A stretch of 64,000 nucleotides of DNA from Vicugna vicugna (GCA_013265495.1 MU061544.1:210214-274213); one strand, 5' to 3'; numbered from the stretch's first letter, positions 36,031-50,719 are shown. The notes: generated by a model not told the origin, from the letters alone. Made by a program: numbers and translations.

Positions 36031-38320
36031 CCCTGAATTCCATGTTGTTTCCCTTCGAGAAGTTATGCTCACAAAAACTTTTCATACATTAATGTGCATC
36101 CAAATAGAAAAGCATAGCAATATTTTGTAATTTATTTGCATAAACTGTAGCATAATGTGTCATTCTGCAGCTTGCTTTTTCATCTTAACTACATATTGGA
36201 GATTTTTCTAAATCAGCACGTATGCATCTTTATCATCAATTTTAATTGATGCATCTCATTCATAGTGAAGATACATTATGATTTTGTACCCTGCTTAATT
36301 TCTCAGTAGTGGACATTAGATCATAATCATTTTCTTTTCTGCTGCTACAGATTTTAGTGCAATGAAGAGACTTATCCCTGCTATCACATGCACATGTTTA
36401 AGTTTCTCCATTGTTGATATCAAAAAGTGCCAATATAACAGGTTAGTAAAGCTGATTTAAGCTGATTTAATATTCCTTATACTTTACATTTTATCTCTCA
36501 ATTGGTAGAGATCTTGGAACAAAAGCAGTGTGAATTACTGGGTGACCCTTCAAGCTCTAACAGAGGATAACACATTACAAAGAGTGTTTCAACAATGGAA
36601 GTTACTAGATTATCTTTCAATGCAGATGGAAATGATGTAGTCTCTACTATATGCTTTTCTCTAAAAGCACACTGAGATATAGGACAGAGAAGAGATCTTG
36701 TAAGACCAAACTTCTAGATTAGCACAGGTCACAGGAGACAAATGGAAGGGTTTTACCTTCATCAGACATAGGTACATATTTTCCATTGTAAAGCAAAGAA
36801 AGCTGAGTCCGATGGGTAAGGATGCAAGTAGATTCCCAGATTTTGTGATGGAACATTGACATTATTTTGGCTTCATATAAAGTATGTTTATAGAATTATG
36901 CTTATGCATTAGATCATTAAGTTTTATAATAAACTATTAAAATGTAAGTGTTGTTTGAGGTATATTTCCAGAATGAGATCTGGGGTCACTGATATGGAAG
37001 GTACAAAATTGTTGGGAGTAGGTGATTAGGAAAGACTTATCTAAAGAGAACCAACTGAGTGCTGTAAGAAAATACTGTCTTGTCAAAAGAAGGGGCTTCT
37101 TGGTGCTTTTGCCTCGGTCTCAGCTTAAGAGAGAGGAACTACTAAAGACTCCATTTAGAGCACTGAATATGTGTCACTGGCAGGTGTTTTTGTTTTTGTT
37201 TTAGGATGAAAGAGGAAATGATATCTGGGGATCTGACTCACGGCCTAAAACCATAAATGACAAGAGGCAGTCTGAACAGGTCTGTGGTACGAGACTGAGG
37301 ACCGCGTTCTGGTATGTAATTGCCCTGCTCCAAGTGCTTCTAAGAGGTCTGAACATGTGAGTGTCCTCCTTGGGGCTCTGCGTGAAAAAGCATGCATGGA
37401 GTTGTCCTGTGTTCTGTCTAAAGGTTCTTGTAGAGATGTAGACTCCACTAATTAATAAGCTAGAAATCACTACCAGATGCCTGGGATATAACGAAGTGAT
37501 TATAGAAAGAAGTGACTAGAGAACAATTCTTCTTCATTGAGGGAAATATAGGTGAGGAAACCCTGGGCCTGGATCTTGGTTATAAAGGAAAGAATCTGAA
37601 GAACCTATAAAAGTGCTCCCTGAAACAAATGGCCAAGCCTAAACACTCTCCAATTTCAGAACACCGAAGCACCGCCACGGCACCAATCAGATAGAACTTT
37701 CCTGCTCTCATTTTTATCATCTCTCTTCCTCTGATCCTTATCACTTCACCTGTTCCACCTGGAAAGGGACATAGATCATAATAAGAGAGACAGAGAAGGA
37801 CAGGTAGAAGCAAAAGACCAGGAGAAAAAAGGACCTTACATTCTCATCATAGGACCAAGTTAGGAAACTTTTTTGATTACTACATTGGAATGAATGTCTT
37901 AACTACTGGTTAGATAAAACAAAAACATTCATTTTTGCCACAAATTTCATCCAGAGGCAGGGGAAATGCAATCCTATCAAATACATTTAAGGGGCAGTAG
38001 GAGAGAAAAACAAATCCTGATTGAGTCACATGAGATCTGTATATTGGACATAATGTTTACTAGTTCCATGAAGGATGCTATTAAATATAGCCATTTACTT
38101 TTTAACCTACCGTTGAATTGCTATTGAAGATGTTATACATTTATTACATAAAGCTAATTCTAGTGTACCCATGATAATGCATTTGCTATGAACTTCTCCT
38201 TAGGAAGATTATACACTCTTTTACTAAAATACTTTCTTTAATTGCTAGTATTTTTAACCTGATAAACATTGTGCACCATGATTTTGCTCGAGATTATTTC
38301 TTCATTTGAGAAGCTGTGGT

Positions 38321-38963
38321 TGTATCAGTCGTGGAAGTCTCAAATGAAAATAAATACCAAAAATAGAAAATGTCAAAGAGAGTCCAATAAAGGGACTATT
38401 TGCAAAGGTGTAAGCAGTGTGTAGGGAAGCCATTCAGGATAGCACAGGAATTCTATCACAGTAACAGCAAAGATCATTTGAGGGTGGGTATTAGGTTTAT
38501 TTATTTATTTATTACTTTTTTACTTAACAGAGGTCCTACGGATTGAACCCATGACCTCGTACATGCTAAGCATGCACTCTACCACTGACCTGTACCCTCC
38601 TCCTGTAACAGCAAAGATTTGATCAGTCTCAGGCCTGAAGTCATGAGGAAGTAGAGTGATGATGAAAACACGGAACCTATTGTACATAGAGGGCTTCCGT
38701 CAAAGAAACAGTGATATTATTTGAGGGATACAACCTGGCTGAGGTGACCTACAGTTAAGAGCAAAAGAAATAAATACCCTGACCTCATTCTCTTGCTTCT
38801 CCACAATTTCCCACTGGGTATGCCCATGGGAGAACTCAACTAGAAACTAGAGGGCTAGGAAGCTCGTTGACGTAGTCCAAACAGGTCAGACGCCAAGAGG
38901 CAGAGTTCAAATTATAGAAGGACAGAGGATTGCACTGCAGGACTGAATGGAAGATGGCTAGCA
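38321..38963 (-). mobile_element. ERVL LTR, LTR41-like (host of a SINE)
   Basis: aataaagggactatttgcaaaggtgt...aataaataccctgacctcattctc...cccatgggagaactcaactagaaactagaggg. Confidence 0.75.
38475..38604 (-). mobile_element. tRNA-Ala-derived SINE (vic-1-like)
   Basis: Minus: ggagggtacaggtcagtggtagagtgcatgcttagcatgtacgaggtcatgggttcaatcc; TSD gtaacagcaaagat at 38461-38474 and 38605-38618. Confidence 0.9.
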
Positions 38964-40219
38964 GAGAGTTCTTAGTGATAAATTTGGAATCCTCCATAAA
39001 ATCTATGGTTGTCCACATTTATACGTTTCTCAGTATAGTACCTTTACTTTCAACTCTATTCTTTTTCTGTAGTTCTTTTCCTTTTGTCTTGATATCTGAA
39101 ATACACATTTTAAACTTTCTTTCAGTAAAAGTATTTTTTATCAAGTATCTCTTTTTGGAACACAGCAGAATATAAATAAATATTTGAACATATAAAGAAA
39201 TGATCACTTTAACAATTACTTGATGCACTTATTCTACATTTAATTTGTGCTTCCTATCAACCAAAAGCATTCACGTGCCAGAGTCCAGTCCTGATAACTT
39301 TATGTATCCAAAAATTTAAGAAAAAGCATCATGACACATAGTAGATATTCAGAAAAATATTTTGAGAAGGAATATGAAAACCCATCTTCTATACCAAACA
39401 GAAAAATATCAGTTTCCAGTTATACTTCAAATGGTTTAAAATATAGTCACCTGCAATTTTTAAAAACGATCAAAGGCTCATTTCAAGACCAGAAAGATAT
39501 ATAGAAAATGGCAGTTTCTGTCCCTTAGGAAAACATCTCAAATCTGCTTTTAGAACTAACCCAAAGTACATGCAGGGTAAGCTGCACTACATTCTCCTCT
39601 TTTATTCTGGTAGTTTCTATAGAGTCTAACATGCCAAATATTGACACAAGAAAGTCAGTTATATGCTTGTGATTGTCATTAGGTCTGTTCTAAATAATAA
39701 TCTAGGTGTTTTAATCTAGTAATCAGCATGTTGATCATTCCTTTATGTATGCTTTTGTTTATAAGAATTGGGGTCTTGAAATTTGATATCATTGTTTCAC
39801 TTTGCATGGCAAAGTTCTACATAAGAATACAGTCACCAAATTACTTATATAGCTGAATAAATATGGCTTGTCCAGGAATAACGACAAGATTCTTGCCGTT
39901 TCAGTACTCAAGATGAGCGTGTCAATTTCAGTGATCTAGCTGAGAAATTATTTACCAGGTAATTATAACAGGCTTCTGTATGACACGATATTTGTTCCTA
40001 CATTTGAGCTTGACTGGGGACAGACTATCATGATTTCCATAGAAATATCAATGGTCTTAGATTCAGAAACACAGTATTTTAGTTTTGGCTTTGGTGATAA
40101 ATTTAATGGCCTTCATTTATTTTATCTGAAGTGGTTAAGTCCAAGAGATCAGATGGATGGACTAGCACTGAAGAGTCAAGAGTTATAAAGGAAGCTTCTA
40201 TAGGTTCTAGAGCGTGAAT

Positions 40220-40670
40220 ATAGTAGACTGGGTTCCTCCTAGTGTAAACTCTGACACAAGGATTTGGCTGCAGGTAGTTTATTTGGAAGGTGACCCTGGA
40301 AACACCTGTTGGGGAGGGGAGACATGGCACAGGTAGGGAAAGGAAGCCAATTAAGGGTGTGTTACTGATGGGGTTACTCCTGTGGGCAACCCAGACACAA
40401 TCCCACTCAGGAACTCTGGGAAACAGCCCGGTAGGTGCCTCCGAGATTTCCTACCTGAGGGCTAAGGAAGCTTAGATATTTATCTCCAAATCCCATTGTT
40501 ATTGGTTAAGGGCTGCTCTTGGGGGTATTAACTCACCAGGAATTCTAGCCTGTCCCACACACACAGCTTGAGGGGTTGGGGTTGCACATGCTTCTCACTG
40601 GGTGCTATAAGCTTTTACTAGAATTGTGAGTAACAAGGGAATATAGGCAGAGCATCGACACATATGCTAG
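40220..40670 (-). mobile_element. ERVL LTR, LTR16-family
   Basis: ctgggttcctcc...ctctgacacaaggattt...gtagtttatttggaaggtgaccctggaaacac. Confidence 0.7.
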
Positions 40671-43600
40671 AGAAGAAAAAGGAAAAAGCCAGTGAGTGTG
40701 ACCTAAGAATTCAATGTTTTTCCAAGCTCCTCATGTTCTGGCACTGTATGGTCTTGCCACTCAGTGTTTCCCTTATCACAGGACTTACTGCATTTTATTT
40801 TTCGCCTGCTTAATTTTATTTCTTCTTCATTCGATATGTGAGGGCATACATTGGGTCAATCATAAAACGCATCAGTGATTAGAGTGATACCTTAGCATCA
40901 CGCGCTCTTAAACACTTGCTGAATGAATTAAGGTATAAATGACTGAAGCCTTAGAGATGTGGGAATGGACTAAAGTAGAAAACAGACCCTCGTATGCACT
41001 CATATTCTATCAGCAACCACTCAAAGGACCAACACTGCACTTACTTATTTGCATTTTTTAGAGTTTTTAGAGAATTGTACTCTAAATGTTTCTTCAACTG
41101 AATTGGGAAAAGATGGTTTAGATCCCATTACAACAAGATGTAGGAATGATAACTAACAAATTAAATGCTGAGCTGAATTTGTTTTATATGTATAGGGTAC
41201 AGATGTTTAATATCATATGTAGGAAAAAATATTGGTAGGATTTTTGTTAGTTATGAACGGAAAAATTGGCCATTTTGTTTAGAAATGTTGATTTCTAATT
41301 GTGTGAAAATCTCGTAATTTTACAAATGATCAGTGCCTGTGTCCTTATCACTACACAAGTGGGTGTTACTTTAATGATGATGAAGCTAAAGCTTATTAAA
41401 AGTGGTATAAATGTTGGAGCCTTTTCTAAATTAAAATCAAGTTTTAGGAGCTGTCCTGTAATCCATGATTCTCCTTCCTTTATTTTGGATAGCATCATTA
41501 CACAACATTGTATTTTTTAAGAACTTTCATTAACTGAGGCAAATTATGCCATTTCAATATTGATCTATTGAAAAAGAGATCTATTAGTTTCCATGAGATA
41601 ACGGCAAAAATCAGCCTTTTATCTGATATCTCACAGAGCCCAAACCAGAATTAATATCTCCTGTCTATTTCAATTAGGCCACACTAATACAACTAAAAGA
41701 CTAAACAAATGACCTCATCTGCAAAATGGAGAAAGAGATAACATACCATGTAAGTTTCAGTCTAAGATTAGAATACTAAGAAAAAGAAAGCCTTTCGCAT
41801 AGGGCTTATCATCATCTGTAATGAATAGTTAATATTAAAAGCAAATTTTCCATTAGTAGTTTGATCATCATTAAGTAAATACATAATTAAGAGATGAAGG
41901 GAGTTACCATTCTTTACAAAAAGTCTGGATGTATAAGAAAGAAACCAAGTCAACCGTAAGGAAAAATAAAAGGGAAATGTGCTAAATTAGTTAAATATAG
42001 GAACACAATAAGACCTGAATGGCAATGAGAAATTAGCATAGATGGCTGAAAACCAGTATCCAGAAGGAGGATGTGTGCCTCTGCTGGGATATGATTTTGA
42101 ATGTCCTGATTGTATTAGTCACGCACGGAGAATAGCCATACCCCTGGTCCACACTAAACTCAAGACGCATAGGTCAAGGTGTACCCTAAGAGGAGAAAAC
42201 CAGAATGGTGGAATTCACCAGCTGGGATTCAGTTACTTTTCAGACAGCTAAAGAAATGTACAAATTACATATGCCTGGAAGCAGTGTAGAAAAAATAATG
42301 TTAAAGATGATAATGATATGAATGTTTAAATGAGTTTCATCCATATTTAAAATGAAGAGGAGAAGGCTAAGTTTTCCTTCTCCTTTGATTGATGTTCCAC
42401 CTCAACAGCCCCAAGGTTGTCTCCTCCCTTCCCTCTGAACTTACAGGCTCTAACCTTTGTGTTCCTCAGGGCTCTGGGTTTTTCCAGAGATGTCCCCAGG
42501 CACTACAGCTAGAAAGGAAGGGAGTTTAGGATCCAAGAGGCTCCTCAACCCTCAATTCTGCCAGGGCAGCTCCTTTTTTGTTTATATATAGTTTGGGGGA
42601 CGATTTCATTTGAAAAAAAATACATTCCTGTAAAGTTTGAAAAATATGATTCTAGCTCTCTTAAAACCCATCCTTAAGAAAAATCTTTTCTATAGATTTA
42701 CTAATGTTATTTCTTTATCACATTAGTACCTCCTCATTCCTCTATACAAAGGGAGAGGAAAGTGGTTTTGCTTTTTCAAGTGTTACAACTGCAGAAAGCA
42801 AATATACAAGGAGTCTATTGTAAAGGGAGAAAGATCTTAGTTTCAAGGTAATCACTTCCCCATGGAAATACCATGAACCTTAGTCTAGACATGCTTAAAG
42901 CTATTTCCATAGAACTCTAAGACCTTACGAGGCTTGTCCCTTACCTGCACAATACGAATAATGCTTATGGTGGGGTAGGGGGAGGTTGGAGATGATTAAT
43001 TTATATTAAAAGTTTTAGTGCAAAAAGCCTAGTCATAGCCTCAAAAGTGTCATTTACTGTCAGGAAATTCAACCACACTGAAAACTCCCAACTTTATCAC
43101 TATTTCCCAACTTTACCTACATTTCTTTGAATGTCTTCTTTATAATTTTCATTCCTTAAAAGAACACATTTAAATAGTAAGCTGTGAAAAGGTGCAAAAT
43201 GTGAAAAGTATGGAAGAGCAATCGAATAAGAAAATATAGTTACTTAAAAATTTAGTCTCTTGCCATTTGTAGGTCCTGCTCTGAGGCAGCCTCCTGGGAT
43301 GACAGTATCACAGATGAGAAGGCAGAGCCGGGAGCCCTTAGTGGGAGCATCATAACATCCCTGATTGGTGATTGATTCTGACTGATAGTTCTTGCTCTTA
43401 GAATTTACTTTGATCTTCACGTAAGTTTCTCTAGTTCTGACCTTCTAGGGGGTCACTGACCTTATTTGAACTTTCTTGCTTAGGTCCCATATTTGCTATA
43501 ACAAGACTTCCATTACTCCCAGTTCTGCAATTTTCCAATGCTAGTGGTACAATTCATTTATGAGTAGTCCAGTTTGGGCTTTGGATATGTGTCCCAGTCC

Positions 43601-43699
43601 CTCACTTGGACAATTAATATGTCAAAAGCTTTCTACCACAGCTTTGTGTTCCTAATACTCTCAGAGTTTCTGGGAAAAAAACAAAACAAAACTTTTTTC

Positions 43700-44125
43700 C
43701 TCCATTCCTTCATTCCTCCATTTGTTCCTTCCTTCCTTCCTTCTAAGTTTAAACAAAAATAAATTAAGAGTCTACTAAATGTCTGGCACTTCGGAGGATA
43801 CTGGAGATAGAATGAAGAATAAAATCAGATATGACCTCTGCTCGCATGGGGCATATGCCTGGTGGCAGGAAATGAGCATTAAACATTAAACACATATCCA
43901 CGCAAAGAATTTCAGAACGTCAACCGTGCATACGGTCTAGAAGTAGATAGTGTTGTGAGAATCTTTAACAGAAGTATTTGACTTAGGGAGGAATCCCAGG
44001 AAAAGTGACACTAAGGCTGAGATTAGAAAGATATGTAGGAGTGATTTCTGTGAAGAGTAGGAGAAATAAAATATACTGCCTATCAGAAATATCATGAATA
44101 AAGACCTTAGAGTGGGCAAAAGTAA
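43700..44125 (-). mobile_element. L2 3' fragment
   Basis: tccattccttcattcc tail-like, agtctactaaatgtctggcact...ctggagatagaatgaagaataaaa. Confidence 0.7.
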
Positions 44126-44609
44126 GTAAATGAATAAATACTTTATAAACACTTTAATCAGGACATTCTGGATGCGATACAGATAACAGGTGAGGAACTA
44201 AATATACAAGGGCAGAAAATTTAGGAGGCCATTGAGCACCTAGATGAGAGGATGTTTTTGTGTTCCAGGATCAAAGCTCACACTTCACTCAAGACTGATG
44301 TATACAAAGATGACAGGCATAATAGATTTAGTCTCAAGTTATTTTTGAGCATTTTAGAGACCTTGCATGAGGCCAGGGTTTTCCACATCCTCAAATGCAG
44401 TGACAGCAGAACTTGTAAGCTGCAGAGTCATGCAAAATGAGGGCTTGCTGATGATTTTACTCAAGGCAGTTCATTACCTATGAAAAGGACAGATGTGTCA
44501 TTTTACAGGGCAGAAAATGGGGCCCAAAGAAGTTAAAAGAAATTTACACCAGATATATATTTCTGAGAAGCAACTGAAATCAAACCACTTGTATTCAGCT
44601 CAAATAATT

Positions 44610-45380
44610 AATTTTATTCATTCATAAACAATTAATGTATATTTATTATGTGCTACTCACAATTTTAGATAGCAGGAATTCAGTATACATGACTAGGGCA
44701 AAGTAGACATGATGGCTGTGCTCATAAAACTCATAGTTTAGTGAAGAACCCTGACAAATGCAGTGTGAAAAGTTTATCATGTGGGAAGAACAGTTTATAA
44801 TGAACATGCTTTTACGAACTAGACACTCAAAAGAGTCTTGCTGAGTTAGGGAAAACTTCCTGGAGGAGGTGACATCCACTTTGAGATGGGGGAGATAGAG
44901 AAGCATAAGCCAGGAAAGAAGGATTTGAAATGGGAATGTTTCAATCAGAGAGACTAGGACAGAAGACAGGCAAGAGTGGAGAGGAAGGGACAAGTGGGGA
45001 TTGAGAAAAAAAGAACAAAAGAGATAAAAGGCCAAATCATTCAGGAATTTCTTAGCCATGGTAAGGTGTGTGTATTTATCCTAAGAATGATGAGGATTCA
45101 GTATAGGGATAAAAGATCAGATGTGCATTTTAGAAGAATCCCTCTGGCAGCATTGGGAGAGATGGACAGGAAAGGGGCTAAACCAAAGGAAGGGACAAGT
45201 ATTAAGAACTTGCTTAAATTACACAGGCAGGTAATGTGGTGATCCGTATTAGGATGGGACCAGTCAAGAGGAGGAGATCGGGGTTGATTCCAGAGATGTA
45301 CAGGAAGAGTCAACTAGACTTGATGGTTAAACATATCAGGGTAGCAGATGGGAAGACAGAGAGAGAGAAGGAAGTTTTAC
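44610..45380 (-). mobile_element. L2 fragment
   Basis: attcattcataaaca...gggaaaacttcctggaggaggtgacat...atcagatgtgcattttagaagaatccctctggcag. Confidence 0.75.
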
Positions 45381-45419
45381 TTAAATCCTTCCTGTGGAGT
45401 ATTTTTAAAGATGATGCAC

Positions 45420-47000
45420 TGTAATAACCATAAACGTGTTTTTCTTTATAGTGGTTGCCTCTACGCATGTATTACTCAACAATAATACATTGTTTAAAAT
45501 CGCCAGCCTCTGATTTTTCTATAAATGGAATACTCTTCTGTGATTTGCTCCCTTTGCTCAGATTATATGTTTGGTATTCATCTGTGTAGTTATGTTTAGC
45601 AGCAGCTCAATTGATTATGTGACCGAGTAGTGTGCTGAATGAGTAGACCAAAATTAATTGATCTATTATATGAATGATATGCATTTGCATGTTTCCAATT
45701 CTTTTCACCTCTTTTCTGTTATGAACAATGCTGCTCAGAACATCATTTTACACATCTCCTGATGTGCCTGTATAACCGTTTCTCTAAGATTATTACCCAG
45801 GAGTAAATTCCTAGGTTGTGCATATCCCAGTGTTTATACCAATTTATGTTTCACCTTGAACTGTCAATTCCAACTGGGCCACATTCATGCACACTCATGC
45901 CTGATATTGTTACTAAGGCTGTGGTCCCAGAACCATACCCCTGCTCCTCCCTTAGGGTAAGCATGCAGAAAATCCAAACTAACCATATCCTCTAGCTGTG
46001 TTTACATTGCAGGAACAGGAGAATCTAGCCACAAGACCACTGGTGCAAGCTAGTTCAGCTCCCAAAGTGGGACAAAGGTTGCCTTGCAGCTTATTACCAT
46101 CTCATTACAATAGATGCACCGGTTGCACCATGATGGTCCGACCCTCTTCCTATCCAGATGCCAAAGGACTATAGAAGGGCAGAAAAGAGGTGGGACCCTG
46201 GTTCCAGGAAGAACCCAGCCTTTTCTCAGAAAACCAATACATATGCCTCCATCTCATTAACCTTGCATTTAAAATCTTGCCTTAATTGCCCCCACCCCTG
46301 CCTTGAGAAAGTTCCTGCTTCTCCATTCTCTGGCCATTGAGTAAAGCTTATGCTACTTAAGCATTAGCATCCATTTCGTCATTGGCTGTGTGAATCTGAA
46401 CAGGAAGAGCCTTCCCCACCGAGGCAGGAGGCCTCAGCCAGGCTAGGTCCCAAGTTGGAGTCCATATGACCAATTCAGTAACAATATTGCCTCGCTTTTC
46501 TTTCTTTCTCTTCCTTTCTCCCCTCATTTCCTTTTGAATCTATTAAATGTGAAACTATAATTCATCGTGTTTTAAAATCTTATTTCTTTGACTTTTAATG
46601 AAGTTAAGCATTTTTTCATATACATGGTGTTTATTTAGATTTCTCAACTGGAATTTTCTGTTCAAAATTTTCCCATATATTTTTTCTATTGGGTTGTTTA
46701 CCTTTTACTTATTTTAGGAGTTCTGTTTTTCTATTGTGAATGCTAATGATTTATCAGTTATGTATGTTAGTTTTTCCTCACTTGAGACAAATTCCCCCCT
46801 TTTAAAAAATATATAGTGACATAAAAGATATTTCTTAATTTTAAAGTAGTAAACATTATCAGTCCTTTTTATAAATGTTTTTTACGCTTTCTGTGTTTAC
46901 TTTCAAAAACTTTCCTCTTCCCAGCTGTCATAAAGTTGTGTTGTTTTCTCTTATGTTGTTTTCTAATACAGAAAATGATTTTATCCATTATGTAGAAGTT
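45420..47000 (-). mobile_element. Old L1 (L1ME-like) 3' region, split by LTR
   Basis: ttatgaacaatgctgctcagaacat...cccaggagtaaatt; ttttaatgaagttaagcattttttcatat. Confidence 0.65.
45908..46483 (+). mobile_element. Solo LTR, MER54-like
   Basis: Inverted ends tgttact...agtaaca flanked by atat/atat; ggctgtggtcccagaaccatacccc...accatatcctctagctgtgtttacattgc. Confidence 0.8.
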
Positions 47001-47251
47001 TAGTTCCCATGCTTCTCCCTATAGGTAATATGTTTTTCTCACTTCATGTATAGCATGAGTTAATCTCAGCAGGACTAGATTGACCACATACTTCATCCAG
47101 GCAACCCTGAAGCCTGGTAATGAGTCTTGGGCAAAGCTATGGAATACAGGAACTAGAGAGACACTATATTCTGCAACCGTGAGTACATGAATTGTTTCAG
47201 GGTAGGACATAACTACCCGTCAGCATTGTTTAATAACAATGATTGGATTTT

Positions 47252-47928
47252 AAAAAATTGAAAAAGGGCTGACTTACTTACAATATTATAATCATCTGAG
47301 GTATACAACATAGCAATTCAATGTTTTCACAGGTTACACACCTACAAAGTTAATACAATATTATTGATTATATTCTTTGAGCTGTACATTATATCCCTGT
47401 AACTTACTTATTTTATAACTGGTAGGTAGTATCTCTTAATCCCTTTTACTTATTTCATCCATTCTCCCACACCCCACTCCTGTGGCAATCACTAGTTTGC
47501 TCTCTGTATCTGTGAGTCTGTTTCTGTTTTGTTATACCTGTTTGTTTTTTTAACATTCCTTATACAAATGAAAACATACAGTATTTGTCTTTCTCTGTCT
47601 GAGTTATTTCACTTAGCATAATACCCTCTAGGTCCATCCATGTTGTCACAAATGGCAAGATTTCATTCGTTGTAATGGCAGAGTAATATTCCATTGTGTA
47701 TATATACCACAGCTTCTTCACCTATTCATCTGCTGATAGACACTTAGGTTGCTTTCATATCTTGGCTATTGTAAATAATGCTGCAATGAACACAGGGGTG
47801 CATATATATTACCTAATTAGTGTTTTTGTTTTCTTTGGATAAATATCCAGGAGTGGAATTGCTGGATCATATGGGAGTTCTATTTTTAATTTTTTGAGGA
47901 ACCTCTATACTGTTTCCATAGTGGCTGT
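47252..47928 (-). mobile_element. 5'-truncated L1 3' end
   Basis: ttcacttagcataataccctctaggtccatccatgttgtcacaaatggc; perfect TSD acaatgattggatttt at 47236-47251 and 47929-47944. Confidence 0.93.
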
Positions 47929-47959
47929 ACAATGATTGGATTTTTTAATTTGTATCTGA

Positions 47960-48215
47960 TTTCAGAGGATCCTGGGGATTTTGATGGTTAAGGCTGTTCT
48001 CCATCTGCATGCATGCCAGTAGTGGTTTCAGATCTGGAGGCAAAACATGTCCTCTGGGACCCAGTGATGGGAGGACAAAGAAGCCTGCTCTTGATGTCTC
48101 TGGACCCTTCAGTGCATATGCTTGGTCTGCTGTTGCTATAATCTTTTACCTCTAACAAAGCTGTAAGTATAACCGATTGAGTCCTGTTGAGTTCTTTCAG
48201 CAATTGAAAAACTTA
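47960..48215 (+). mobile_element. ERVL LTR fragment (MER68/MER77/MER21 group)
   Basis: gaggacaaagaagcc...tctctggaccc...gtaagtataacc...gagtcctgttgagttctttcagcaatt. Confidence 0.5.
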
Positions 48216-48614
48216 AAGCAATCAATGTCTAATTAAAGTATTCTTATTTACTAAAATCTTTCAGTTTGGACATAAATTAAGTTTTCATAAATGGTGGTTC
48301 TAATTTGAAGGCTTTTTAAAAAATAATGTTCTTCCATTTTGCCAACCCTGCACAAACATCCTGTTATCCTAATTAATGACTGCTTTCAAATAATAATTAA
48401 CATTTCATAAAAAACCCCCTACTATGTTTTTCTTAAGAAGCATCTTATGTATTCTTTAAAATTGGCTCTTCTACATAAATTTGAAAGCCAGTCTGGAAAC
48501 TTTATTAAAAACAAACAACAAAAATAGTATAAAACTGCCTGGGTCCAGTGTTTCCTTTGTAGGAGCTTTATTAAACAGCAGGTTGATTTCTTTGCAATTA
48601 CTCAGACTCTTCTT

Positions 48615-50465
48615 AGGTCTGTTTGCTGGCCTCATGAAATGAGTTTGGAAGTATTCCCTTTCTCATTGAAGTTTTGCAAGAGTCTGGGAAGTACTAATGT
48701 TAATTTTTCTTTAAATATTTGGTGGAATTTACCAGTGACACCACTTAATCCCGGGCTTTTCTTTTTGGGAAGGTTTTTGATTACTGATTCTATCTTCTTA
48801 CTAGTTATAGATCTGTTCAGATTTTTTATCTTTTCATGATTCAGTCTTGGTAAGTTGTATGTTTCTAGAAATTTATCAATTTCTTCTAAGGTTATCCAGT
48901 TTAGTAGCATACAATTATTCATAGTATTGTCTTAGAATCCTTTTCATTTCTGTGGCATTGGGTGTAATGTCTCCTCTTTCATTTCTGATATTAGTTATTT
49001 GAGTGTTGGTTTTTTTCCTTAATTAATCTGGGCTTTGTTGACCTTTTGAAAAAATCAATTCTTAGTTTAGCTGATATTTTTAATTGCTTTTCTGTTCTCT
49101 ATTTCATTAATCTTTGCTCTAATCTTCATTATTTTGTTCCTTACTAGATTTTGGTTTAGCATATTCTTCTTTTTCTAGTTCCTTGAGGTGTAAAATTAGG
49201 TTAATTTGAGATCTTTCTTCTTTTAAAATGTACACAATAAAAAAATTAAAAGATAATAAAATGTACACATTTTCAGCTATAAACTTTCCTTAGTACAGGC
49301 ATACCTCATTTTATTGGGCTTTGCTTTATTTTACTTTGCAGATACTGTGTTTTTTTTTAAAAGTTGAAGGGTTGTGACAACCCTGCATCAAGCAAGTCTA
49401 TTCGCACCATTTTTCCAAAAGCATTTGCTCATTCATATCTTTCACATTTTGATAATTCTTACAATACTTCAAACTTCATTGTTATTATTAATTATATTTG
49501 TTATGGTGATCTGTGATCTTTGATGTTACCATTGTAATTCTTTTAGAATTTTTTAGTTATAATATATTTTTTAATTAAAATATGTACATTTTTTAAGACA
49601 TAACATTATTATACACTTAACAGACTACAGCATAGCATAAATATAACTTTTATATGCATTGGGAAACCAAAAATTTCACAACTCACTTTTTTGCGGTATT
49701 TGCTTTATTGCCGTAGTCTGGAACTGAATCTGCAGTATCTTCAAGGTCTACCTGTATTGCTTTTGTTGCATCCCATAAGTTTTGGTATGATGTGTTTTTC
49801 TTTTCACTTGTCTCAAGATGTTTTCTAATTTCCATTGTGACTCACTCTTTCACTTATTGGTTGTTTATGATGTTAATTTCTACACAGATGTGGATTTTTC
49901 AGTTTTGCTTATGCAATTATTTTCTAATTTCCTTCTGCTGTGATCAGAAAAGATACTCTGTATAATGTCTATCTTTTAAAATTTGTTGAGACTTGTTTTG
50001 TTGTCTAACATGTGGCCTATCCTACAGAATGTTTCATATGCATTAAAGAATGGATATTCCGCTGCTATTGGGTGAAGCGTTCTGTATATGTCTGTTATGT
50101 CCAATTAGTCTATAGTGCTGTTTAAGTCCCCTGTTTCCTTACTGATCTTCTGTCCAGTTGATCTATCTATTACTGAAAGTGGGATACTGAGGTCTCCCAC
50201 TATTACTGTGTTGCTATTTCTCTCTTTCAGTTTTATCAAATTTTGCCTCATATATTTAGGAGCTCTTCTGTTTGGTGTATCATATTTATAATTGTTAATT
50301 CTCCTTAGTCAATTGATCCTTTCATCCTTATATATTGTCTATTTTTGTCTCTTGTAATACTTTGTATTGAAGTCTATTTTGTCTGATACTATTATAGCCA
50401 CCCCTGCTCTTTTTTGATTACAATTGGCGTGGAATTTTTTTCCATCCAGTCACTTCCTGCCTATG
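48615..50465 (-). mobile_element. L1 ORF2 fragment (EN to RT region)
   Basis: Minus ORF 48632-48922 EEIDKFLETYNLPRLN..IESVIKNLPKKKSPG..F; EN-region sequence to ~50465. Confidence 0.9.
49296..49754 (+). mobile_element. Internally deleted Tigger1 (Tigger1a_Art-like) nested in L1
   Basis: TA|caggcatacctcattttattg ... gtatcttcaaggtctacctg|TA; homologous to 8712-9171. Confidence 0.92.
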
Positions 50466-50719
50466 TGTTTGATCTGCAACTTTCCTTTCTTTTAATGTCT
50501 TGATATGTTTTGGGACCAAAGTTATACTTGAAATTTTTCTATTTTTAAGAATAATTTGGCTTTATTTGCTCTAAATCTTTGATAAAATTCACAACAAAGA
50601 CATTGCAGCCTGAAGTTTTCCTTGTGGGAAGAACTACAAATTACAGATTTAAACTTTTTAATTGTCCTCTGGCTTTATTTTTCACCTGTGTAAAGTCAGT
50701 TGTATTCCTGTTACTCCTG

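Noticed and set aside
37000..37920. Possible ancient LTR or promoter (tataaaag, ccaatc)
   Set aside because: Boundaries and family not supportable from the sequence alone
44646..45059. Longest ORF (137 aa), hydrophobic
   Set aside because: Falls in decayed L2 sequence; the composition reflects a pyrimidine-rich strand
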